Positions 32,301-44,300 of a DNA stretch of 64,000 nt are shown here, piece after piece. Origin of the DNA: Chrysemys picta bellii (lineage: Eukaryota); contig NC_088800.1 in assembly GCF_011386835.1 (NCBI RefSeq), positions 86,676,001 to 86,740,000 of the forward strand, written 5' to 3'. The position numbers and the translations under genes are program-made. Position 1 is the stretch's first letter. Each line of letters begins with the position of its first letter. The notes beneath the pieces are model-generated. The model was given only the letters and a program-made list of their open reading frames with translations. It was not told where the DNA came from and did not search any database.

Positions 32301-35300
32301 GGCAGAGGAGGCTGGTACCCTAGCCCTAAACCTAACCCTGAGGTCACTGCTTCATGCCTGGATCCAGAGGAAATCAAAACAGTTTGATGAATGGAAATCA
32401 GGCTTTTCTGGTTTTCAGATTTTCACCAGAATTTTATAGGGTTTTGCCCATTGATACTTGAGTATTCTCTGAAATGTTTTAAGTCACCAGATGCGGTTTT
32501 CAAAAGTTGCTGCATTACAGACAGAGAAGGGCCATCGAGCTGAGTGTACAGTCTGGCTTTTCTGGGACAAATACAGAGGATGGCATCATGATTAGCCAGA
32601 GAAGGTTCCTCAGCCTAGGGATCTATCCTGTCTTTGGTTCACTTCTGTTGCACTGAATTTTGGAAGTTTAATTAAAGCAAAACTTCATCTCCCAGAAATT
32701 GTGGGACAGCTGGAATCCAGCTGTTGTCACATTCCCCTAAACAGTTGGGACCAAATTGATCACTGGTGTAAGTAGGTGCGACCCGGTTGACATCTGTGGG
32801 GTAGCACCCACTCACACCAGGGGGAAATCAGGCAAAGAGAGAAAGGAGAACAGTCTGAATGAGCTTGGAAGGTGCCTAGACTGCCCTAAGGTCACATAGC
32901 TGTATGTAATGTAACTGTCCATAGATGGGCCCTAGGTAGGGGGCAGAAGCCTGTCCAACACCTCTGGGAATTTAATAGCCCCCACTACTTCCTGCCAAGG
33001 GTAACATCACTACTTTAACACCTGCCTCATAATTAATGATTGTACTTCTATGTGTTAGTCTCAGTGATGCTGTACTCGTAACACTGTGAGTCTGGCCCTG
33101 TATTAACCAGCAGCTCTGCCTGTTTGATAACAGTCCTGGAGCAGAGGTGACAGCGCAGTGGGAGTGAGTATGGAGCCTGGAGGAATTGTAATGGGGAAGA
33201 ATGTATTTTGAACTCTCTCATCAGTCAGTCACTTGTATACATCTCACACTGAGATGATCTTTTCGTCTCTTCCCTGTAAGATAAAGCCACGGACCCAAGC
33301 ATCCCTGAAGAAAACTGGGAATGTATCCAGCGGTTCTGTGACCAGGTGAATGCAGACCTGGAAGGGTAAGCTAGACAGAAGGGCTCTTTGTATTCTCTCT
33401 GCACTGTGCATCTGGCTCTGAGCTTTTCTGACCTCAGAGGGGGAAGGATAATCTGTAAATTGCAGTTTTGTAAGACCTTAGGAAGAATGGCAGGGAGTGG
33501 CTAATTACTGTGACTCCTGGAGATGCCTGTGTAAGAAGTGGGTAGATAAAGAGTGGCCAGATTATTGCGACATTGTGGTAACATGGCAGATCTAGAGGAA
33601 AGGACTTTTCATTTAGCAGGAGACTGCACCTTCTCCCCCTCACAGTCTCAGAGGTGGTCAGATCCCACCCTTTGGTGTTCAGAATTCCTGTGCTATGAGT
33701 GGGATGCTGATTTCCTCTGGGCTGTGTTGCAGAGAAGACCTGAGCATCTGTAGCTATTGATGTGGCTTTAGCTGCTGGTCTCTGGGAGATGAGGTCTCCA
33801 CCAGGGCTTTCCCCACCCCTGCAGCTCATGGGATTGTCTCTGATATATGCAGCAAAGCATACACACTGATGAAGTGAAAGGGCTGATAAAGGTCCCTGAG
33901 GTAGCATTTCTGTTGAGCAGATGCACATAATTTCTGTCTATAGAACTTGCACTTGTTGCCTAATGAACGTTCCTGCTGTGGGAGACTTTGAGACAAAGGG
34001 CCAGCCGTGATGAACAGCAAAGTGGAGCACTTCTGCTAAATGCTGAGTGACCCAGTTGATGTGATGCTTCTGCAAAGAGTACACTGCCCTCTCCCTCCCC
34101 ACTTTTCCATTCTAGGGGACAGCTCTTAGAGCAGCTGTAATCAGCACTTGCAGGACACTTCTGGCTTCCTTGCCTGCATTAATCTCTTCCTTACTTCTTG
34201 TGTGTATAACCCCAGCATTGTGCCGGGCGGGAGGGTTGCTGTGATGTGGTGTATCTGTGAACGTGGTTGCAAGAAAAGTAGCAGTGTTTGCTTTTCTTCA
34301 GACTTCCTGCCTGATCTGACTTGCTGCTTCTTCTCCCTAGCCCGTCCATTGCACCCAGGCTGCTAGCACATAAGATACAGTCGCCTCAGGAGATGGAAGC
34401 TCTTCATGCCTTAACAGTGAGTGCTTCCATCAGCACACAGACATGGGCTGGGATAAGCTGGAAATGTTTTTCTTGTGATAGATTTTTGTATCTGCCTCTT
34501 TTAAAAAAAAATTAGTGTCTCTCCCTTTTAACCCTTCACTGCGTTCAGATTTGTAACCCTGTTCCTGTCACTCATCATGGTCACCAGGATTCCTTGTGCA
34601 TTCACAGCCGTAAGATTCCCATCATCCCAGTGATTCCATATGCCTCGATAATCCCCTTCATATCAAATATAATTTCCCAAATTACTATCTAATCTGTCCC
34701 AGCTCCTCCCACCCCTCTTTCCTGATTTACAGCACCCCTAGCTATTCCAGTCCTAGGCACCTCTTGAGCAGAGATTTCTGGTTCTGCCAGAATGTCTTTT
34801 GCTTTTCTCATGTGAACAAATGTCCGATAGGGACTAGACTGAGGCTCCGCCCTCCTTTCCTACTGGTGGCCAAGCGCAGATATGGAGGCTGGCTCCTGGA
34901 AGTTAGAAGCCATCACACGTCAGCTCCCTTTGCCACTCAGTCCCTGAAGCTTACAGCCTGAATGTTGTGTGTGGTGATTATGACAGGACATGTCTTAGCC
35001 ATTGTCAATGTCTGTATTTATACCTATGAAGCGCTGCCAGTTTGCTCTTGCTCATTCATTTTAAACGGGTGAAAATGAGTGATGGATTTGGGTAAAAATG
35101 ACTCGTGTTGCCTAATGAGCAGTTTCACCGAGGGTACTATGCGTTATCTGTGTCTGTGCTGCTAACAGGTTCTTAGATCTTTGTCTTGATGGAAGAGGTT
35201 TTAAAATTGCCTGGTGAGTTTGTTTTATGTCTCATGCTTTCCCCCCCCCCCTCCTCCCAGGTGCTGGAGACATGTGTGAATAACTGTGGTGAAAGGTTTC

Positions 35301-38300
35301 ACTACGAAGTGGCAAAATTCAGATTTCTGAATGAACTGATAAAAGTGCTGTCCCCGAAGGTATGTGCCCAGCCACCCCAATCTAGCAGGCAAAGTGCACT
35401 TTTTATCTCAGATGAGAAAATGTGAACTTCATACCACTTCCACATAGGAACTGAGTGTGATTGTTTTGCTGTGCTTCCCTGGGACAATGAATGGCAGGGG
35501 ACAGGCTATGAATTTCCCAGCAACAAGGATAGTAATTGAAACGTCTCTTTCGAATTCAAAGGGGGAGGGGAGATGGGTACAGAGTTGGGGTGAAATCTAA
35601 AAGCATTGAACAACTTGGCGGGCGCCACGAGAAGGCCAGTGTGAGAAAGGTGCTTGGTGAGCCAGGGCCCAGGTCGCGTGGTAGTAACTGTTGGTAAATA
35701 CAGTAGGTTTTATTCCTGGTTGTCTCTTTCTGGGGGACCTTTTCTTCTTTTTACTGCTCTGAACTCCACTGCAATGTGTCGGTGACCCTAGAAGAGCCAA
35801 TCTGCTCTTGTCATTCCCCAGCTTGCACTTTGCACGGTTGGACCTTCGCCCCGCACAGTAAGAGGGGGGACTCCATACGGGTGGCAGTGGGAGGAGTGGC
35901 TCATGGGCCACGTTTTGGCCTTGTATCATAGGCCCTTCCCCCGCCTTCCTGCTCTCTCTTCAAATTTCAGCCTTTGGAACTGTTCTTCTCAGGCTTTTGT
36001 CTTCAGTGCCTACACACAGCACAAGCCCATGAGAACCCCATGGGTCCCTCTCCCCGGGAACATCCCGAAAGCCCAGATAGGGAACTGTGAACTCCCAGTA
36101 GGCACCTGGAGACTCTGCCCTGATTTGCTTCAAGTGAGAGATTGGGGGGACTTAATTTGAGTTCTGCAGGGTGCTATCTCTGCTGCTCATCTCTCTTTCT
36201 GGGGTGTGCGCTACACCCTGCTCCCACTCAGCTTCCTGGATATCGTCTCCACGTCTCCTGGGAAAAGTAACTGCTAGGAATAGGAATTTTAGCTTGGAAT
36301 GCTAAAGAAGCTCAATGTGCAGAGAGAATAAGCTCTCCAGTGCACTGACGCCTCCTGTAATAGTGGGAAATGGAGAGTAATTTACATCACTTACTGTGCA
36401 TGATCATCACCTCCGTTCTTTGGATCAACTAGTAAAACTGGGACCCTTTTCTCAATAATTACAGGGACACTGTCAGGTTAAATATCATGGGCTTGGTTTG
36501 CTCTGCATTACCCCAACTCTGTGGCAGAGGACGACCTCCATTGGTTTCATGGGAATGTTTAAATCTAATGAAGCTGTTTTCATTGTAGTTAAAAACCAAA
36601 TAGGTTAAAGCAAATGCTTCTGTTGAGTTTGGATTTAGGAAAACCTGGTTTTAGTGGTGCTCCACCAGTTCAGAGCTGGGGTAAAGTCATGAATCATAGA
36701 ATTGTAGAATCATAGAATCTCAGGGTTGGAAGGGACCTCAGGAGGTCATCTAGTCCAACCCCCTGCTCAAAACAGGACCAATCCCCAGCTAAATCATCCC
36801 AGCCAGGGCTTTGTCAAGCCTGACCTTAAAAACCTCGTTTAAAAACCTTGAAGAATCAAGCCTCATATTTTAAACACCAGGTATCTGTCTCTGGATTCAT
36901 AGTAATGTCAGATTATTAAAACTAAAAGAATTTTAAAACTCACATTTACCTTTCACCATTCATCCTGGTTGGTTTTGCATTTTATTCAACAAGGTGTTCG
37001 GATACTATGGTGATCGGGACCTACAAGTGTCTAGAAAGATAAAACTTGGGCACTGAAAACATAGTGTGCAGTTTCACTTTTGTTCATGGTCAGTTTTCAG
37101 TTTGTTTTGCTCTGGCCAGGTTGTAATGCTGAAGGTGGATGTTTAAATCCAAGCAGGAAACTATTTTCAGTGTAATTAAAAACAAATGAAAAAAGAATAC
37201 TTTATATTGATCCTGGATTTGGTAAACCCTGACCACAGCAGCACTGAATGTGCCATCATTTTTGTAGAGATAGATTATTTATATAAAATTCAACACATTT
37301 AATAATATAACACTTACATATATAGCACTGTAATTGTATGTGGAATTGTATCTTCTGTAAGGTGTACAGTTGACAGCACTCTGAATAATGCATTGAGAAC
37401 CCATTTTCACCCCAGTCTTTCAGCATGAACGTTCTGGGCAGAATCCCTGACTCCTGTCTGACAGTAACTTGCTGGTTGTAATCACTTACTTTTTTGTTTT
37501 CAGTATCTTGGAACCTGGTCTACAGAAAAGGTCAAATCGAGAGTTATAGAAATAATGTTCAGTTGGACGGTGTGGTTTCCTCAGGAAGTTAAAATCCGGG
37601 ATGCTTATCAGATGCTGAAGAAACAAGGTTTAGTTCTGTTATTTCAGTTTCCTTTTGTCACGTCAAAGTCATGTGGATTCAAACCATGAATTGCTGAGTA
37701 ATTGTTTCAAAGCTCATCCCATGTGATTTGACTTTTCCATAAATGATTATTTGTACAAGATGAAGGTTTAAGGGACAGATTTACAAAGAGATTTAGGCAC
37801 TTAAAGATGCCAATAAACAACTAGTGGGATCAATAAAAGCACCTCAGGAAGTTAAATCCTATTAGGTGCCTACCTGCAAACTTATAATAATAATAATTAA
37901 TAAATCCCTAGCTCTTACATAGCAACTTTTCATCAGTCGATCTTAAAGCACCTCAAAGTCTTTTAATGTATTTATCTTCACAACACCCCTGGGAGGCAGT
38001 GCAGGGCTGTTATGCCCATGTACAGATGGGAAACTGAGGCACAGAGCAGCTAAATGACTTGCCCAAGGGCACACAGGAAGTCTGTGGCAGAGCAGGAAAT
38101 CTAAGTGAAGTTCTTGTCTCCCAAATATTAGGCTAGTGCCATATCCATGCCCATCCTTCCTCTGTATCTGAATACCATCCTAAATAAATAACTTCCTAAA
38201 GACCATTGTGCCTACACAGGTCTGTAAATCTGGCCCTGACTCCTGCTACAAGAAGCTTCTGCTTTAGTTGTAAATATTTGGCTACCCGTTGGCCCTGTGC

Positions 38301-41300
38301 TCTGGCAACAAACATCTTTTGTACGCTTGACAGGCACATTAAAATGCTGTCCTGTTGTGAAGCCGTTTGTGTGGTTGTGTCATGTGCTAGATACCCTTGC
38401 TCTCTTTCAGTGAACTACAACGCTGTCAGAGGAAAGCTTCTATATTAATGAGATGAGGAGGGTGTGGAAATGCCCAGGGATTGGGGTGGCTAGAATCGGA
38501 GAACCCACAACTGTTAGCTATTTGGTAGGGCTAGAGAGAAGTAGGTTAGTATAGAACGTGCTGCAAGACTAGGTGGGGTAAAGAAAGTGCTGCCTTATTG
38601 GATGGGTGGGAAGCATAGGGCAGACAAGGTGTCTGTTCACAGAGCTGCAGTGGGGAGACCAGAGGAACTGTACCCAGCCCTGAGAATAAGAATAACCTAG
38701 ATCTGCCAGTGGCAACCAAAGCCTCTTTCAGATGGGAGTGTGAGCAGCCGGAAGCTTGGGATTGTCTGTCTCAGTGCAGGGCTGGCACTGATGAATATGG
38801 CAGCTGCCCAGACGGGGTGGTTATACCAAACTTGCGTGGTCCCTTTGTCAAATCCCGACTTGTAAGAGTATTTTTTCAGAGGCCAGGGCTAGTGTTTGAT
38901 GGGGAGGGTTTAGGTTTGTTGGGAAGCCTGCACTAGGCAGGACCTGGAGGTATCAGATTAGGTGGCCTGCAGAGGTCAGGTGGACAGTAAATCAGTCAGC
39001 TGGCTGGATAGCACAGATTTTCACAAAACCAGACAGCAGCCTTGTGTGTGACTGGCTGCAATGTCTCCTGCATGCAGCAGTGGATTCAGCTGGGTAAGAT
39101 GAGGCCCTAAAACATAAGCCCTTGTATCAGAGGCCCGGTATGAGACCTAAAGCCTGAACTAAAGTAATGGTCAAGACTTTGCTAACATAAAGCAAAGTTA
39201 AGCTGTGAGCCAGAGGCAGGCCCTGCTCGCAGAAGCTGGCAAGAAGAAGGCTGATGCTGCAAATATACACATACCTAAAAGGTACTAAGCACTAGTAATA
39301 TAAACATGTGCCAGGATGGTACCAGAACATTCCGGTACTAGCACATTCCACATAGATAACAAGGAGCAGGCTGACCCATCCTAAAGACGGGGGCAGGAGG
39401 GTAATATGATGGATAGAGTTGTTTTGTTCCAACCAACATGTACAAAGTGAGAGGCAGCACCCTAACACGTAGACAGGTTGTACCTCTGTACGTCAGGAGT
39501 GATGTGTAACTTGTTTGTACCTGTGTATAAGAATGTATCCCTGAAGAGTTGTCTTTGTCTGGCCTAGGGGGCAGGGGAGAATCCCGCCACTGACTGAGCC
39601 GGTGCATTATCGGGGGCTCATATTCGTAGTATGTCCTGTAGAGTCTGCTGGAAACTATTACTGTGATTCGTTTGACAATAAACCTGGCCAGGTGCCTTCG
39701 TACCTTATCGGAGTCTATGGTCATTGGGGGTTCTCTCAGGTCTGCTGTGCCAGCGATCTGCAGAACCGGGGCAGCACACAGAGGGAACACATGCACACAG
39801 TCGACTGTTTTCAACATTGAACAGAGTGGAGCACCACACCCGTGACATCTGATGACATCAGCCTGTCACGCATGTGTCTAGGAGGGAGTGAAAGAGAATT
39901 TCACAGAAACTCTGAGGCTGCCTCTGCTGTGTGTTCATGTTAGTGAGCTGCCTGTGTTTTGGCTCTGGGCTCTGGCAGATAACCCTGCAGGGCTAAGCAG
40001 GCTCAGAAAGGATTTCTGACTTGCCTAATTCTGAACTAATGGAAAACAGAGCCCTTTCTGGGAGAAAGCGCCACAGATTCCCCTCTAGGGAAACCACCAA
40101 GCTTTTATTCCTCATTCCCCCATCTTCCTGTCCTGAAAGCCTCCCCCACCCTTTCCCTTGATCTCAGACAGCCAGGTGAGTCGTGTATTTCTTGTCTGAG
40201 CATGTACCTGCTTTTGGGGTACATGCTAAGCCCACTGGTTGCTTCTTCCCCTCATTCCTTAAAATCGTGTTGGGGCACTCCGTTGCCAGCAGACGTGGTA
40301 ACGGTCAGCAGGGTCCGGTACCCGGCTGAACACTGTGCAATGCTGTATGGGGGCTGGTAGAATCTCTTTCTCTCTCTATTCATTTCAGGAGTCATAAAAC
40401 AAGACCCCAAACTCCTAGAAGACAAAATTTTACCACCTCCTTCTCCGAGACCTAAGAATTCTATTTTTGATGTTGATGAAGAGAAATCCAAGGTAAATCT
40501 CATGTTTTCAAATCTGTGTCCTCCTCTGGCTAGGTTGTATTGTCAGGAGAGTGCGTGTGGTCGTATTTTGGGCCTTTACAGTTCCAGGGAGAAGATCTCC
40601 TTAGAATAATGCTAATACTTAGCCTTTGTGCAGCATGAAATGTGCTATCTAATAAGTAACCCTATCACCCTCTAGTCAGACAGGTGAGTATCATTATCTC
40701 TGTTTGGAGACGGGGAAACAGAGGCACCGAGGATTATGTAACTTGCCCTATGCCCCAGAGAGAGTCTGTGTCAGAACCAATATTCATTTTTCTAAACATC
40801 TGGCTTGTATTTGTCACCTGTTTTCCTTACGCACTGTTGACTATAGTTTCCTTCTGTCCTCTTGCTGACATGTGCAGGCAGCAATAGAAGCTCAGTGAGG
40901 CTGGCAGCCTGTGAGGCAGCAGTGTGACCCTGACCAGATTGTGAGACTTGAGTCCACATGTCTGTAGGGCTATAGCCCAGCTATGGCAGTAGGGCCCTGG
41001 ACACATCTGCATTTATTTGGTGAGTGGCAGCATTCTGGTGCCTGGGGCTGTTGCTCACGCTGTCTGTCTTCTAATGGTCTCCACTCAACAGCTCTTAGCA
41101 AGACTTCTAAAGAGCAACCACCCTGAGGACCTGCAGGCAGCCAACAGGCTGATCAAGAGCATGATTAAAGAGGTAGGCACCAGGAGAAGCTCGCAGCTCC
41201 CTGTGTCAAAGCAGCTGCTGCTGGCAGGTGTGGGGAGAGGCGGGAGGGGAGGGGAGGGGAGGCAGTTTCACCGTCTGGTTTTACAGTGACACTCTGAAGT

Positions 41301-44300
41301 ACTGTGTGCGTAATGTCTGCCGCTGCTCACAATGAAGCAGAGTTTGGCACCACTTGCCGTTGGCAGCTCACGGGTTTGCCTGGTCAGAGAACAACTTGTT
41401 TAGCTATAACAGAGAGGAGAGTTTGAAGACTGCGCAGCACAAGCTGGTGCAGCTGGGGTAACATTCGCCCCGTGGAGAGGACCAGAACAAGGCCCATGCG
41501 TTCTGGGGAGTCTGGCTCAACCCTTGGCACTTCAGGTGCTGCCTTCTGACGGGGTGAATTTCACCCACAGCGTCTAGCACTGAGGTGTGTTGTGTGTCCT
41601 TTCTAGCACGGGTCTCTTTTTTATGGAATACAGGTAGAAATTACTGGCCAGGCAATGGGATATTGAGGAAGTCCAAGCTATCTGCGTAAGGTGTGATGAG
41701 GTCATTGGCTAAACCAGGGATTTCATCCCCCTTTGCCCTGTGTTTTATTTTGTCTCAAAGGAACAAGAAAAATCTGCCAAAGTGTCCAAAAGATTGAATG
41801 CAATTGATGAGGTTCACAGCAGCGTTAAGCTACTGGGTGAAATGCTGACCAGCTACAAAAGGCAGGAGTTCTCCAAATCTGACCTAGAGATTCTGCAGGT
41901 GAATGACTCCTCCTGCCTGGAGGCTCATTGATTCGGTATCACTGGTGGTGTCTAGCAGCGACGGGATGTGAAAACTGGGGGCAGAGCTGTCTATTAATCT
42001 GTACATGTGAGTGTTGTGACTGGCAGAGGGTAGATCCCCCTCCCTCGGGGTGCGGTAAATCCCAGGGAATTCCCTCCAGGCCAGGTGTGGTTAGCCAGAT
42101 ACCACAAAACCTGACTGGATGTGCTGAAAGCTGGAGATGGCGGTGAGCTCCCCAGCTCCTGCTGTAGTCTCCGCAGTCTCCCCCTCTCAGCCTATTGGCC
42201 ACATCGATTTCACTTCTGAGTGTAAATCGTTCTAAGTTAAGGAAACATCTGAGCCAGCTCATGGGACTCGTAGAGAAGCTGCCCGGCCCCCAAGTATCCA
42301 CCAGCACCACAAACCTATTCCAAAAGCAAAACGCTTTGGGGGGTTGAATTTATGGTAAGTGGAAAGATCTCCTCCCTTGGCTGAGAGCAACCCAATGAGA
42401 TGTTGTGTTGGGCTGGTGGGTGGTGGGTCACTTTCAGACCGCAGTGAGAGGCTGTCCTCAGAGTGGAAATGCTGGGCATGGTGCTGCTCTTGGGAGGAGA
42501 GTTACAAATTGCACATTTGCTTCCTTTGGTGAGTGCCAGTTTTAGTGGCCATGATGCTTTTACTATACGTTGAATTCTAAGATAAATCCACAAACTCCTG
42601 GGTTCCATTTCTTTTAAGTTGGACAATGTTGCACAGTGAAATCTGTCCTGCAAGACCCATCTGTGTGTGTAAAAGGGGTGAGGCTAGTTGGGAGGTTGGA
42701 TGGGAAATTTCCTACATCAGTCTCTGCACCTAGGACTTATTGCAAAGGCTGCAAGTCTTTCATGGAAGTCATGGATTTCATGACTTTCTGGGACTTCTGC
42801 AGTGGCTGGTACAGCTGACCCCAGGACCGCCCGAGCAACTGGGGCAGTCCTGGGGCCAGCCGCACCAGTCGCTGCTTGGGCGGCCCCAGGCAGCTAGTCC
42901 TGGAGCAGCAGCGGTGAAGTCCCCTTTTCCCCCCCAGCAGCAGCGGCGGGGCCCCAGGCCCCCCCCAGCAGCAGCGTCCGCAGGAGTGCCCCCCCTGCCC
43001 CAGCACCTAAGATTTAGCTCGGGGTATTTTTAGTAAAAGTCACAGACAGGTCACAGGCCATGAATTCTTGGTTACTGCCCGTGACCTGTCCGTGACTTTT
43101 ACTAAACATACCCATGACTAAATCGTAGCCTTACTTATTGCACATTTGAATGGGGCAGCAACAAGCTGAACTATCTTCTCTGGCGTCGACAAAGCCACCG
43201 TCTGGAACTGAGCAGAAAGCGTGGTTGCATTTTACCAGGGCTGCCTGTGTAGCTAACTTCCTTTCCTCTGTGGCCCCAGAGCCTGGGCCGGGATTCTGAG
43301 GACCTGTGATCTGACGAGCAAATAGCCTGACTCTTGTTCTCTTCTCCAGAGCCTGTTTGAACGCTGTGAGAAGCTCAGGCCACTGCTCTTCCGCCTTGCC
43401 AGCGAGACGACTGACGACGATGAGGCTTTGGGTAGGTAACAAAATATGCTGCTGTTCTTTCCTCGCCTCCTTCGCTCCCCATCCTACTGTCTGAACTTTG
43501 GGTATTCGTGCAAGCAGGGTCTGTGTGACTCTGCTGACGTTACTGACCTGGCCTACCCGTTCCTAACTGGCAGCATCCCTGCTGTTCCACTTCAGAGCCC
43601 CCCAGCTTTGGAAATGCACCTCCTTCCTCACCTGCCGCACCAGCCCCTGCTGTTCAGCCCCCTGAGCACGGGAGCAAACATATCAAAGGCTGCGATTTGG
43701 GTGAAGTGTAAACTATCCCCCCCAGCAAATAGATCAAGATCCCCAAACTCCCTGGGCTTTTGAGGACAGGATCTTAACCAAGAGCCATCTCCATCTTGGG
43801 GGTTCCATTTAATGTCTCTCACCTTCGTTTTGGGTTGTGGTGATAGCGCCCCCTGGAGTCAGGAGGCGAGTAGGCCCTTGGCTCTGTCCATCAGGACTCT
43901 ACCTTCCCACCTAAGGATATCCTGACTCCCTGTCCCCATGTCTCAGACGCAGGCACTGTATCCCTGTGTCCAGTGGCGGATAAATGTTTTTGCTGCCCCT
44001 AGGCCCTGAAATAATTGCCACCTGGCCAGCCCCTGGCTCCGCCCTGACTCCACCCTTTCCCCGCCCCCATTCCAACCCCTTCCCCAAAGTCCCCGCCCCA
44101 ACTCTGCCCCCTCCCTGCCCCTATTGGATCCCTTCCCCAAATCCCCGCCCCGGCCCCGCCTCTTCTCCCAGCGTGCCATGTTCCCCCTCCTCCCCCCTCC
44201 CTCCCTGCCCCGTGAAACAGCTATTTTGTGGTGCAAGCGCTGGGAGGGAGGGGAGAGAAACAGGACACGGCGGTGTGCTCGCGGAGGAGGTGGAGGCGAG

